A DNA stretch of 63,765 bases, the filler included, from Lama guanicoe (taxonomy: Eukaryota), in NCBI GenBank assembly GCA_013239625.1. It is 88 parts of 88 records of this genome, joined end to end, with 100 filler letters (N's around TTAATTAATTAA, not from the genome) between each part and the next. Parts side by side here need not be neighbours in the genome. Positions count along the whole stretch, not along the records: positions 38,126 to 39,292 come from MU057333.1; positions 39,393 to 39,934 come from MU057334.1; positions 40,035 to 40,601 come from PNXV01026359.1; positions 40,702 to 41,473 come from MU057335.1; positions 41,574 to 41,801 come from PNXV01026364.1; positions 41,902 to 42,373 come from MU057337.1; positions 42,474 to 42,966 come from PNXV01026367.1; positions 43,067 to 43,460 come from PNXV01026369.1; 80 more parts are not named here. One strand, written 5' to 3'. Shown here in pieces: positions 38,126 through 49,784 of the stretch (position 1 is the first letter of the stretch; each line of letters opens with the position of its first letter). A model generated the notes under the pieces. That model was not told the DNA's origin. It saw only the letters and a list, made by a program, of their open reading frames with translations, and did no database searches. The position numbers were made by a program, and so were the translations under genes.

Positions 38126-39292
38126 TAAATTCTATATTCATTATTCTGTATTATATATTCTGAATTCAGTGTTCCTCATTCCATGTTCTAAATTCTGGTT
38201 TCTATATTCCTTTTTCTTAATTCTATATACTGTGTTCAAAATTCTATATACTAAATTCTATATTCAGTATTCTGAATACTATATTCTAAATTCTGTGTTC
38301 TGCATTCCATGCTCTAATGTTCATATTCAGTATTCTGTATTCTATATTCTAAATTCTGTGTTCTGCATTCTATATTCTAANNNNNNNNNNNNNNNNNNNN
38401 NNNNNNNNNNNNNNNNNNNNNNNNNNNNNNNNNNNNNNNNNNNNNNNNNNNNNNNNNNNNNNNNNNNNNNNNNNNNNNNNNNNNNNNNNNNNNNNNNNNN
38501 NNNNNNNNNNNNNNNNNNNNNNNNNNNNNNNNNNNNNNNNNNNNNNNNNNNNNNNNNNNNNNNNNNNNNNNNNNNNNNNNNNNNNNNNNNNNNNNNNNNN
38601 NNNNNNNNNNNNNNNNNNNNNNNNNNNNNNNNNNNNNNNNNNNNNNNNNNNNNNNNNNNNNNNNNNNNNNNNNNNNNNNNNNNNNNNNNNNNNNNNNNNN
38701 NNNNNNNNNNNNNNNNNNNNNNNNNNNNNNNNNNNNNNNNNNNNNNNNNNNNNNNNNNNNNNNNNNNNNNNNNNNNNNNNNNNNNNNNNNNNNNNNNNNN
38801 NNNNNNNNNNNNNNNNNNNNNNNNNNNNNNNNNNNNNNNNNNNNNNNNNNNNNNNNNNNNNNNNNNNNNNNNNNNNNNNNNNNNNNNNNNNNNNNNNNNN
38901 NNNNNNNNNNNNNNNNNNNNNNNNNNNNNNNNNNNNNNNNNNNNNNNNNNNNNNNNNNNNNCTTTATTCTCTTTTATATATTCTATAATTTGTGTTCTTC
39001 ATTCTATATTCTACATTCTATAATCAGTATTCTGTATTCTATATTCTAAATTCTGTGTGCTTCATTCCATTTTCTAATTTTTATATTCAGTATTCTCTAT
39101 TCTCTTTTCTAAATACTGTGTTCTGCATTCTATATTCTAAATTCTATATTTAGTATTCTGTATTCTATATTCTAAATTCTGTGTTCTGCATACCATGTTG
39201 TAAGTTTTGGGTTCTATATTCTATATTCTATATTCTATTTCATAGTTCTTCATTCTGTATTCTACATTCTATATTCTGCATTCCGTATTCTT
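38126..39292 (-). repeat. Heptamer satellite (family D)
   Basis: ATATTCT periodicity. Confidence 0.95.
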
Positions 39293-39392
39293 NNNNNNNN
39301 NNNNNNNNNNNNNNNNNNNNNNNNNNNNNNNNNNNNTTAATTAATTAANNNNNNNNNNNNNNNNNNNNNNNNNNNNNNNNNNNNNNNNNNNN

Positions 39393-39934
39393 TTAATATT
39401 ATACATTAAATATACTGCATTCAGTAGTCTACATTCTATATCTGTGTTATACAATGTATATTCTAAATTCTATATTCATTATTCTGTATTCCATAGTCTA
39501 AATTCTGTGTTGCTCATTCTATGTTCTAAATTCTATATTAAGTATTCTGTATTATATATTCTAAATTCAGTGTTCTGCATTCCATGTTCTAAATTNNNNN
39601 NNNNNNNNNNNNNNNNNNNNNNNNNNNNNNNNNNNNNNNNNNNNNNNNNNNNNNNNNNNNNNNNNNNNNNNNNNNNNNNNNNNNNNNNNNNNNNNNNNNN
39701 NNNNNNNNNNNNNNNNNNNNNNNNNNNNNNNNNNNNNNNNNNNNNNNNNNNNNNNNNNNNNNNNNNNNNNNNNNNCTAAATTCTAAGTATTCTGTATTCT
39801 ATATTCTAAATTCTGTGTTCTGCATATCATGTTCTAAATTCTGCCTTCTATAATCTCTATTCTCTATACAACATTCTGTGTTCCTCATTCTATATTCTAA
39901 ATTCTATATTCAGTATTTTGTAGTCTATATTCTA
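39393..39934 (-). repeat. Heptamer satellite (family D)
   Basis: ATATTCT periodicity. Confidence 0.95.
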
Positions 39935-41573
39935 NNNNNNNNNNNNNNNNNNNNNNNNNNNNNNNNNNNNNNNNNNNNTTAATTAATTAANNNNNNNNNN
40001 NNNNNNNNNNNNNNNNNNNNNNNNNNNNNNNNNNTTTTTTTTTTCTCATAGTAACTTTTATGGAATTTTACCTTAATATCTTTCTGGTTCCTATTTGATA
40101 TATTACACCAGTTTTCTAAAACTCAGAAAAAAGCAAATTTCAAAATTATTTTTCTAAGTAAGTAAATTCTTTCTACTATTTGAGTGTTATTTAAGATAGA
40201 GTGGGTTTTTTTTTTTTGAGGGTTATGTTTTATTCTGTTAAATCTGATTTTTGTTTGAACCTTCACTTTTATTCCTGTCTATTGTCCGTGTCCTGCTCAA
40301 TTATTCCTTACTATGGTGTCAAGACTCAAGGGAAGGAAAAGCGTGGGCACACGGTTTTAAGAGTATTCGGGACCAGACTGCAGGCTCTACCCTGACGCGT
40401 TATTGGTGTGGCAGTAATCTCCACCTTCACCTTCTGTTCTCACTTGGCTTGTCATGCTTTTCGGTGAGTATCTGTTGACTACTAGGAGATTATTTGTTCT
40501 TATCTTCATTAGACACCCCATTGCTTTTTCCTGCAATTTTCAGTGCAGGTGTTCAGAGAGCACAGAAATTGTCACATTTGGTAGTTTGCTGCTATCTGCC
40601 TNNNNNNNNNNNNNNNNNNNNNNNNNNNNNNNNNNNNNNNNNNNNTTAATTAATTAANNNNNNNNNNNNNNNNNNNNNNNNNNNNNNNNNNNNNNNNNNN
40701 NAGGGGGAGGGAGGGAGAGATGACAAAGTAGAATTAATTCTCTGGAGTCATTAGGATGAATCAATGGTAGTGTAGCTCCAATAACAGCCCCCTAGAGCCC
40801 TTGGGTCCTAAATGTTTTTCCTGCCCCCATGCCTTCAGAGAAACACTCTCGAGAAGAAATCTAAGCTCTGTTGCTGTTAATCTTGCTATAAATTTTCCCA
40901 TACAATTTTTACCTGGTTGACAATGTCTGAATAGTCTCAATGTCTCCTTAGTGTCTTACTATTACTTGATTACTTGCATTTGTTCCCAGAAAACATGCAA
41001 AGATCTCATAGGATAAGTTTCCATGGTTTTTTTTTNNNNNNNNNNNNNNNNNNNNNNNNNNNNNNNNNNNNNNNNNNNNNNNNNNNNNNNNNNNNNNNNN
41101 NNNNNNNNNNCATAAAGTCGTATACTGGGACATCTGTTGTCAGCTAAGAAATTGTCCCTCTTAAGGAAATGTTCTAACTGATTAGGGCCCCTTATTTTCT
41201 TTCTACTAAAGCATTAGAATTAAAATAATAAAAAACAAAGCTACCTTTTATACAACTATTACATCTCTCTTCAGAGGGCACTTAAAGTAACAGGCTGAGC
41301 TGCTTCCTCAGCCCTCTCCTCACACACTAGACTGGTCCAGGAACTCCAAGGCTCCCAGGGAACCCAGTATCTTCATAAGGAGTCAAACGTGTTGTTATGT
41401 TAGCAGTCCTATCCAACCTTCCACCTTTCTCTTAACCCTCAAATAGAAGATCTGAGAATTGGATCTGGACAATNNNNNNNNNNNNNNNNNNNNNNNNNNN
41501 NNNNNNNNNNNNNNNNNTTAATTAATTAANNNNNNNNNNNNNNNNNNNNNNNNNNNNNNNNNNNNNNNNNNNN

Positions 41574-41801
41574 CATAAATGATAGCCTTGCTGATCAATG
41601 TATACTATGGAATATCATTTCTATCATTCAGAACTTTGAATATATCTTGCCACTCCCTTCTGGCTTGTAGTATTTGCGTAGTGAAATCAGCTGGGAGCCT
41701 TATGTGGATTCCCTTGTAACTCACTCTTTGCTATTCTCATGCTGCCTTTAATATAATTCCTTTATCCTTGACTCTGGCCAACTTAATTATATGTCCTGGT
41801 G
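41574..41801 (-). mobile_element. LINE-1 ORF1 C-terminal fragment
   Basis: gatagccttgctg...actttgaatatatcttgccactcccttctggcttgtag...aaatcagctg is antisense ORF1. Confidence 0.85.
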
Positions 41802-41901
41802 NNNNNNNNNNNNNNNNNNNNNNNNNNNNNNNNNNNNNNNNNNNNTTAATTAATTAANNNNNNNNNNNNNNNNNNNNNNNNNNNNNNNNNNNNNNNNNNN
41901 N

Positions 41902-42373
41902 GATTATTTGGCTCATCTTTAGGCTTTCTCTTCCACTTTTCTGGTATTCTACCTTTTGTGATTCTGAGACGGTGTTGTTCTTCAGTGTTTCCCTCACCTC
42001 CATTTTCAATACTTGCTCTGGAGAGCGTTTTGCAGTCTAGTTGTCTGAAAGCTTATCTTTAGGGCCTTCAATCTCTTTGGAACTGNNNNNNNNNNNNNNN
42101 NNNNNNNNNNNNNNNNNNNNNNNNNNNNNNNNNNNNNNNNNNNNNNNNNNNNNNNNNNTAGACTTCTAGGGCTTGGTTAAGTGAAAACTTTAGACTCTTG
42201 GCTCTACACAATTGCATGGGATTTCTGTGAGGACAAATTTTCCTAGACATTGATGCCATGTCCTGTTACTTTGTGTGTTGCCTGTTCTATCTCCAATTGC
42301 TGGTGTTGCCTTTGTTGTGATGAACCCCCTTACTATTTCGATTAGGATAACCTCATTTTGATTACGCTTCTCT
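41902..42373 (-). repeat. Family E element (includes decayed L1 ORF1 start)
   Basis: 42159-42373 matches 25367-25582 and reverse complement of ~56060-56275; 42025-42085 matches 43873-43933. Confidence 0.85.
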
Positions 42374-42473
42374 NNNNNNNNNNNNNNNNNNNNNNNNNNN
42401 NNNNNNNNNNNNNNNNNTTAATTAATTAANNNNNNNNNNNNNNNNNNNNNNNNNNNNNNNNNNNNNNNNNNNN

Positions 42474-42966
42474 TCCCACCAACAGTGCACATGGACTTCC
42501 CTTTCTCTACATCTTTACCAATAACATTTGCATTTCCCTGATGACGAGTGACGGTGAGTATCATTTCACGTACTGTTGGCCAGCTGTGTGACTTGTTTGG
42601 AAAATGTCTATTCAGAACCTTTGTCCATTTTTAACCAGGTTCCTTGCTGTTGTTTATTTGTTTTGCTGTTGAGTTTTATGAGTTCTTTGTATATGTTAGA
42701 TATTAACCCCTTGCCAGATACATGATCTGAGACTTTTTCTCCCACGCAGTAAGTTGTCTTTTTGCTTTGTTGATGAATTCCTTTGCTGTGCAGGGGTTTT
42801 TTAGATTGACATAGTCCCACTTGTCAATTTTTGCTTTCATTTGCCTTTGCGTTTGGTAGCAAATCCAAAAATATCACCACCAAGTTCAATGTCAAGGAGT
42901 TTACCACCTATGTTTTTTTCTAGGAGTTTTATAGTTTCAGGTCTTATGTTCAAGTCTTTAATCCAC
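42474..42966 (-). mobile_element. LINE-1 ORF2 3' fragment
   Basis: ttggaaaatgtctattcag...tcctttgctgtgcag...atagtttcaggtcttatgttcaagtctttaatcca. Confidence 0.92.
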
Positions 42967-43220
42967 NNNNNNNNNNNNNNNNNNNNNNNNNNNNNNNNNN
43001 NNNNNNNNNNTTAATTAATTAANNNNNNNNNNNNNNNNNNNNNNNNNNNNNNNNNNNNNNNNNNNNCACTGTCGTCATTTTTTAGAAAAATTAAAGATTT
43101 TAGCCTTAGAAGTTTTTTACAATTTTCAAATTTAACTTTACATTTATATTACCATAGATTGATGCACAAAATAAAATTTTATATATACGTTACCAAGTGG
43201 TAACTAAAGTTTCTGAATAC

Positions 43221-43460
43221 TTTGCTTAAAACAGAGACTTCCTTTTCTTCTGTCAGAAAGACAGCTAGACAAGCAGATCTTTAAACATTCTGTCGTACTT
43301 TACTAAACCCATAATGGTTAAGCTGTCTAACTTAACTTTTCATACTTACAGTTTCAAATATTCTGAAAGGGGCCTTTCTTTCCAAAACTTCCTTCTTGAA
43401 GATATCTTCACCAATCTCTATGGAAGTTCCATTATCATCCCACCAGATGGATTTAAATTG
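43221..43460 (-). pseudogene. HSFY: HSFY exon-1 3' portion (HSF DNA-binding domain) with two stop codons, followed by intron
   Basis: 80 codons QFKSIWWDDNGTSIEIGEDIFKKEVLERKAPFRIFETVSMKS*VRQLNHYGFSKVRQNV*RSACLAVFLTEEKEVSVLSK, ungapped with recalled human HSFY QFKSISWDENGTCIVINEELFKKEILETKAPYRIFQTDAIKSFVRQLNLYGFSKIQQNFQRSAFLATFLSEEKESSVLSK; GT follows the final K; TAA at 43332-43334 and 43281-43283. Confidence 0.92.
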
Positions 43461-43560
43461 NNNNNNNNNNNNNNNNNNNNNNNNNNNNNNNNNNNNNNNN
43501 NNNNTTAATTAATTAANNNNNNNNNNNNNNNNNNNNNNNNNNNNNNNNNNNNNNNNNNNN

Positions 43561-43768
43561 CCTTGGCATCCAGAAGCGGAGCCTGGAAGCTTCCGAGTTT
43601 CTCCAGGATATGGTCTACTTTCACCTTCGGCAGGTGAGTGTATGTCCTTACACAAGTGGAGGAATTACTGCACTTTTCCTGGAACTTTCTCACCACTAGC
43701 CCATCTGATTTATCTGTGATAGGATTCAGTATGGCCTGCTAAAAATCTGGAGTGAGATCTTGAATCCC
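43561..43768. repeat. Multi-copy segment, unidentified
   Basis: 43579-43768 colinear with 44195-44385. Confidence 0.85.
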
Positions 43769-43868
43769 NNNNNNNNNNNNNNNNNNNNNNNNNNNNNNNN
43801 NNNNNNNNNNNNTTAATTAATTAANNNNNNNNNNNNNNNNNNNNNNNNNNNNNNNNNNNNNNNNNNNN

Positions 43869-44094
43869 GGATTGCGTTTTGCAGTCTAGTTTTTTGAAAG
43901 CTTATCTTTTGGGCCTCTCTCTCTTTGGAATTGAAAATGGTATTTCCTGTTTCTTTTACTGCACTTCTTCATCTCTACTGGTCAGGTAATATCAGGTATC
44001 CAATGTAGAATTCTAGGGCTTTGTTAAGTGAAAAATTTGGAATCGTGGCTCTATGCAATTCCATGGTATTTCTGTGAGGACAGTTTCTCCTAGA
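43869..44094 (-). repeat. Family E element (L1 5'UTR/ORF1 junction-like)
   Basis: 43985-44094 matches 25352-25455; bridges 56296 to 42085 on the opposite strand. Confidence 0.85.
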
Positions 44095-44194
44095 NNNNNN
44101 NNNNNNNNNNNNNNNNNNNNNNNNNNNNNNNNNNNNNNTTAATTAATTAANNNNNNNNNNNNNNNNNNNNNNNNNNNNNNNNNNNNNNNNNNNN

Positions 44195-44385
44195 GAGCCT
44201 GGAAGCTCCGGAATTTCTCCAGATTGCGGTCTACATTCACCTTTGTCAGGTGAGTGTATGTCCGTATAGATGTTGAGGAATAACTGCAGTTTTCCTGGAA
44301 CTTTCTCACCACTATTCCATCTGATTTTTCTGTGCTAGGATTCAGTATGGCCTGCTAAAAACTCTGGAGTGAGATCTTGAAACCC
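44195..44385. repeat. Second copy of 43579-43768 segment
   Basis: Direct colinear match. Confidence 0.85.
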
Positions 44386-45139
44386 TGATGAAGAGGATTA
44401 TTTATTTCATTTCCCTATATGATAGACTTTTACTTTTAAAATTCAGAATTTTTGTTTCTTTCAGGAATGTTTTGGGGGGTTGGAGAATCAATTTTGCTCT
44501 TACCACCTTTGCGACCTGTCGCTTTATGCCTCTCACCTATCTTCTGTCACTTGTGAAGCGGTTCCATTTGTGACCCTGTCCGGGTTGTTCATGTTATAAA
44601 ACATAAAGTCTGTAAAAGTACACTCCCTTTTACTCCGAAGACATTCCACAAATACTCCTTAAAACTGGATGTAGTTTTATGAAGACAGAATCATTAGAAC
44701 ATGACATTGCAGGTTGCTAGTGCAAAATCCCCAAATCAATAGTCTAGCTCAACATCTAAAATCTTTCTAATATACCTTGGATTTGTATGGATAAGTGAAG
44801 CAGTTTGCAAAGAACTCAAGACCAGGGTTAGAATACAGGCAGGTGTAGCTCAGCAGGTCCTTCTAAGCTGATGATCTGCGAGAGGGTGGGTCCGAGGGAA
44901 GACGGCGGGTCCTGCCCTGCCTGAGCTGANNNNNNNNNNNNNNNNNNNNNNNNNNNNNNNNNNNNNNNNNNNNTTAATTAATTAANNNNNNNNNNNNNNN
45001 NNNNNNNNNNNNNNNNNNNNNNNNNNNNNCCACCAGAGGGAAAAAGCTAACTGCATGGTGACCAGACTGTAGCCATGATGTAAGCTATTCCATCCTGAGC
45101 AGCACTGAGTCTCTGGCCAGCACAATTCCAAGAACTGGA

Positions 45140-45771
45140 CTCATGAGAATGGGATTATCATTATTGCTCATAATAATCTATAATTCTGTGGTCATCAAAA
45201 TAGTTATAGCTTGCTCTGCCTGTATATGTAAGCAGGCAATTAAAGTTGTCAGCAAAGAAATGCTACAGACACATGTGGACATCTTCCACTCTAAAAATAT
45301 GGTGCCCTATGTCAACGTGAAGAAGTTACAGAAGATGGAACTTCACCCAGACCTACAGAACTGAAAAGATATCTGGCAAGTAGGGACTTGTAAAGCTCTT
45401 GTGCCCCTTTTCTATTTATCCATTTATGTTCCCTTTCAACCTTAATTATAAAAGTGAAATCACTAGGTAACATAACTGACTTCTGACTTCTGCTCTACTG
45501 AATGTACACAGTGCCTTGTCTAATCTGTCGATTAAAAGAATAAGAATGAAGAATTAAGTGGTTAAAGAATGACTGATTCTCTACTCCCAGCTAACTCCTT
45601 AGGAAATTTGCAGGCAGATCACATAAGCAAGATAACAACCAAAGGAAGATCAAAAGAAGTCACTGGGACTGCACAGTCTTGTTGTGATGGAAAAATGATG
45701 AAGACTCTGACCTCCTACCTAATTTATGATTCACTGAGATTGATTCCCCTTTTGCCCATTCAAAATTGTCA
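45140..45771 (+). mobile_element. Possible ERV 3' end: env transmembrane tail, purine tract, start of LTR
   Basis: MGLSLLLIIIYNSVVIKIVIACSACICKQ hydrophobic/Cys tail; ggcaagtagggact then TGT at ~45389. Confidence 0.3.
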
Positions 45772-46174
45772 NNNNNNNNNNNNNNNNNNNNNNNNNNNNN
45801 NNNNNNNNNNNNNNNTTAATTAATTAANNNNNNNNNNNNNNNNNNNNNNNNNNNNNNNNNNNNNNNNNNNNGATACTGAAGGAAAATTTTACATTATAGC
45901 TTGAGGGTACATTTATTTATATAAAATTTTATCTCCCATTTTGAATTTGGCTTATGTTTAATGGAATTTATTTCTAAATAAGTATATAAGTATTGGTAGA
46001 ACTGGATTTACTACAGTTTACTGATACAGAACATAGCTATTATTACAATTAGTGCACAAGACACTTGCCTTAAAATGCCGTATTATACTTACAATGACAA
46101 ATGTTTCAGGACTGAGAAATATGTTGCTTCCTAAAATGCATTATCTGGTCTTTTCCACCCCAACCCACATACAC

Positions 46175-46240
46175 TGTTATTTTTTTGTTTATTGACTGTT
46201 TGTTTCCCCCTTAATGGAGGCACTTTTTATTGAACCCAGG
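46175..46240 (-). mobile_element. 3' part of tRNA-derived SINE
   Basis: T-rich tail then aatggaggcac...attgaacccagg (antisense B box), as at 12451-12462. Confidence 0.55.
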
Positions 46241-46340
46241 NNNNNNNNNNNNNNNNNNNNNNNNNNNNNNNNNNNNNNNNNNNNTTAATTAATTAANNNN
46301 NNNNNNNNNNNNNNNNNNNNNNNNNNNNNNNNNNNNNNNN

Positions 46341-46865
46341 CAGGAATTCCCAGTGACAGAGGCTGCCTCCCAAAGATCAGGGAAGGTATAATCTCGCACT
46401 TCCCCGAACAGGGAACACCTGTGACTGAAGAGAGCTGCGTGGAGTGGTTTCTCGAGCTCCCCCACTCAATGACAATGATTCCTGAATCCTGAGCGTGGGG
46501 ATGTTCCACCAACGGTCGGCAGGCCGTGGGTTCTAACGAAATGCATGTGCTCGTCTCCCCTGATGTTTTTCCTCATATCTCTGTGCCAGGGATTGCTAGG
46601 GGGGGTTGCAGGAAATCCCAGTGACAGAGGTTGCCTCCCCAAGGTCAGGGAATTTATTTCTCGCACTTTCCCGAGCAGGGAACACCTGTGACTGAAGAGA
46701 GTTGCGTTGAGTTGTCTCTCGAACTCCCCCACTCAATGACAATGATTCCTGAATCCTGAGCGTGGGGATGTTCCACCAACGGTCGGCAGGCCGTGGGTTC
46801 TAACGAAATGCATGTGCTCGTCTCCCCTGATGTTTTTCCTCATATCTCTGTGCCAGGGATTGCTA
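46341..46865 (-). repeat. CpG-rich 267-bp satellite (family B)
   Basis: ACTCAATGAC at 46464 and 46731 (267 bp). Confidence 0.95.
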
Positions 46866-46965
46866 NNNNNNNNNNNNNNNNNNNNNNNNNNNNNNNNNNN
46901 NNNNNNNNNTTAATTAATTAANNNNNNNNNNNNNNNNNNNNNNNNNNNNNNNNNNNNNNNNNNNN

Positions 46966-47330
46966 GAATATAGAGTATAGAATATAGAACCCAGAATTTA
47001 GAGCATGGAATGTAATACACAATATTAAGAATATAGAATACAGAATACTAAATATAAAATTTTGAAAATAGAATGAAGATCACAGAATACGGAATGTAGA
47101 ATATGGAATGCAGAATATAGAATACAGAATATAAAATTTAGAACACAGAATATAGAATATGGAAAACAGAATACAGAACCCAGAATTTAGAACATGGAAT
47201 GCAGAACACTGAATTTAGAATATAGAATACATACAACTGAAAAAAGAATTTAGAATATAGAACGTAGAACACAGAAATTAAAATATAGAACACAGAATGC
47301 TGAATATAGTATTTAGAATATCGAATGTTG
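46966..47330 (+). repeat. Heptamer satellite (family D)
   Basis: AGAATAT periodicity. Confidence 0.95.
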
Positions 47331-47430
47331 NNNNNNNNNNNNNNNNNNNNNNNNNNNNNNNNNNNNNNNNNNNNTTAATTAATTAANNNNNNNNNNNNNN
47401 NNNNNNNNNNNNNNNNNNNNNNNNNNNNNN

Positions 47431-47678
47431 CGGAATCCTGACCGTGGGGAGATTCCACCAACTGTAAGCAGCGCGTGGGGTCTAACGAAATGCCTAAGCT
47501 CGATACCCCTGGGTTTTTTCCTAATGGCTCTGTGCCAGGGAATGCTAGGTTGGTTTGTAGGAAATCCCAGTGACAGAGGCTGCCTCCCCAATGTCAGGGA
47601 AGGTATTTCTCAGAATTCCCCCAACAGGAAACACCTGTGACAGAAGAGAGCTGCGTGGCATTGTCTCTCGAGCTCCCC
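47431..47678 (-). repeat. CpG-rich 267-bp satellite (family B)
   Basis: Near-complete single monomer. Confidence 0.92.
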
Positions 47679-47778
47679 NNNNNNNNNNNNNNNNNNNNNN
47701 NNNNNNNNNNNNNNNNNNNNNNTTAATTAATTAANNNNNNNNNNNNNNNNNNNNNNNNNNNNNNNNNNNNNNNNNNNN

Positions 47779-48008
47779 TATATACTGTGTTATACATTCT
47801 ATAATCTAAATCCTATATTCAGTACTCTGTATTCTATATTCTAGATTCTGTGTTCTGCATTCCATCTTCTAAATTCTGTGTTCTATACACTTTATTCTAT
47901 ATTCTATATGGTGTGTTCTTCATTCTATATTTTACATACTATATTCTGCATTTCGTATACTATATTCTATATTATGTGTTCTACATTATATATTCTAAAT
48001 TCTATATT
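47779..48008 (-). repeat. Heptamer satellite (family D)
   Basis: ATATTCT periodicity. Confidence 0.93.
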
Positions 48009-48108
48009 NNNNNNNNNNNNNNNNNNNNNNNNNNNNNNNNNNNNNNNNNNNNTTAATTAATTAANNNNNNNNNNNNNNNNNNNNNNNNNNNNNNNNNNNN
48101 NNNNNNNN

Positions 48109-48393
48109 TTAGTTATCTGATTCTTGTTTCTGATCCACAGGTAATTTTTGTGTTGCATTTTTCCAGGCAACCTGGAAGGCCTTTTAAGCCATAGGTGGCG
48201 CTGTTGCAACTTCTTACAGTCTTAACTTTCCTCTTTGTAAAGGAAGTCTTAAACAACGTTATTTTTTTTATTCCTTTGCTTAGTGCTTCAGGGTAGCAAA
48301 TTGTCCATTATGTCTGACTACCTGGAAATATTATACTGCTTATGCCTTAGTTTTATTCTATCATCTCGCTGTGAACATTTCAGACTTCCTGTG
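48109..48393 (-). repeat. Second copy of 33052-33340 segment
   Basis: Reverse-complement colinear match over whole contig. Confidence 0.85.
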
Positions 48394-48493
48394 NNNNNNN
48401 NNNNNNNNNNNNNNNNNNNNNNNNNNNNNNNNNNNNNTTAATTAATTAANNNNNNNNNNNNNNNNNNNNNNNNNNNNNNNNNNNNNNNNNNNN

Positions 48494-48928
48494 CTGTGCC
48501 AGGGAATGCTACGGGTGTTTGCAGGAAGTCCCAGGGTCAGAGACTGCCTCCCTAAAGTCAGGGAAGGTATTTCTCGGACTTCTCCGGAAAGGGAACACCT
48601 GTGAATTAAGAGATCTGCATGGAGGTGTCTCTCGAGCTCCCCCACGCACTGACAATGGTTCCAGAATCCTGAGCGTGGGGAGGTTCCACCAACGGTCGGC
48701 AGCGCGTGGGTTCTAACGGAATGCCTAAGCTCGTCTCCCCTGAGGGTTTTCCTAATGTCTCTGTGCCAGGGAATGCTACGGGTGTTTGCAGGAAGTCCCA
48801 GTGACAGAGGCTGCATCTTCAAGGTCAGGGAAGATATTTCTCGGAATTCCCCGAACAGGGAACACCTGTGTCTGAAGACAGCTGCGTGGAGTTGTCTCTC
48901 GATCTCCCCCACGCAATGACAATGGTTC
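48494..48928 (-). repeat. CpG-rich 267-bp satellite (family B)
   Basis: ctgtgccagggaatgctacggg at 48494 and 48761 (267 bp). Confidence 0.95.
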
Positions 48929-49784
48929 NNNNNNNNNNNNNNNNNNNNNNNNNNNNNNNNNNNNNNNNNNNNTTAATTAATTAANNNNNNNNNNNNNNNN
49001 NNNNNNNNNNNNNNNNNNNNNNNNNNNNAGGATGGTTTTGGGAGTGACAACCCAGAGAAGATGGGAGGATGGGGCCTTAGGGACTTTTGGAGGAACTGGC
49101 TTTCGATGCCACTTGTAATAAGCGGTGGAGCACCGAGAGTGAGGTCACAGACATCAGAAGGTGAGCGGATGTGCTGGGAGTTGCTTTTGAAATTTCTCTT
49201 CAGTTGGCTTGTTTGCTTGTTCAAAGTAGAAAAGTAACCTTACCAGCTGAGGAACAAGGAGGAAGAAAGTGTTACAGGAGCCATGAGCAGAAGATAAGAA
49301 AGAGCCTTCCAGGGAGAATGGGACAGTAAAAAGGGCAGGGGGAGGCGGGGGAGTGCGCTCCCAGAAAGTTACATTTTCTCTTTGACGTCCCCAAATGTGT
49401 GATGTGTTATTACCCTTCCTGCTGTCTACAAAATAAAAATTAATTATGGTTCAGAGGAAATGCTATTTCATTCTAAGAGGCTGCCTGTTTCTCAGGAATG
49501 GTCATCTTAAACTGCAAATATTACAAACAACGTTGAAAAGATGAACCTGTGTACCTAAAATCCCCTATTTTCTTTTAATCTGTTTACTACTTAGTTCCTC
49601 TATCATTAACACATAACAAATACTGCCATGATGGTGGTACATCGATGCTTAAAAAGAAATGAGATCTGTATCCTTTTGCTAAATNNNNNNNNNNNNNNNN
49701 NNNNNNNNNNNNNNNNNNNNNNNNNNNNTTAATTAATTAANNNNNNNNNNNNNNNNNNNNNNNNNNNNNNNNNNNNNNNNNNNN

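Noticed and set aside
6315..39779. Long ORFs of 130-284 aa in the track
   Set aside because: Most owe their length to N runs; the rest are satellite or GC-rich low-complexity frames.
48188..48203. CTCF-like motif GCCATAGGTGGCGCTG
   Set aside because: Left half mismatches the consensus and the paralogous copy near 33245-33260 differs in the core.
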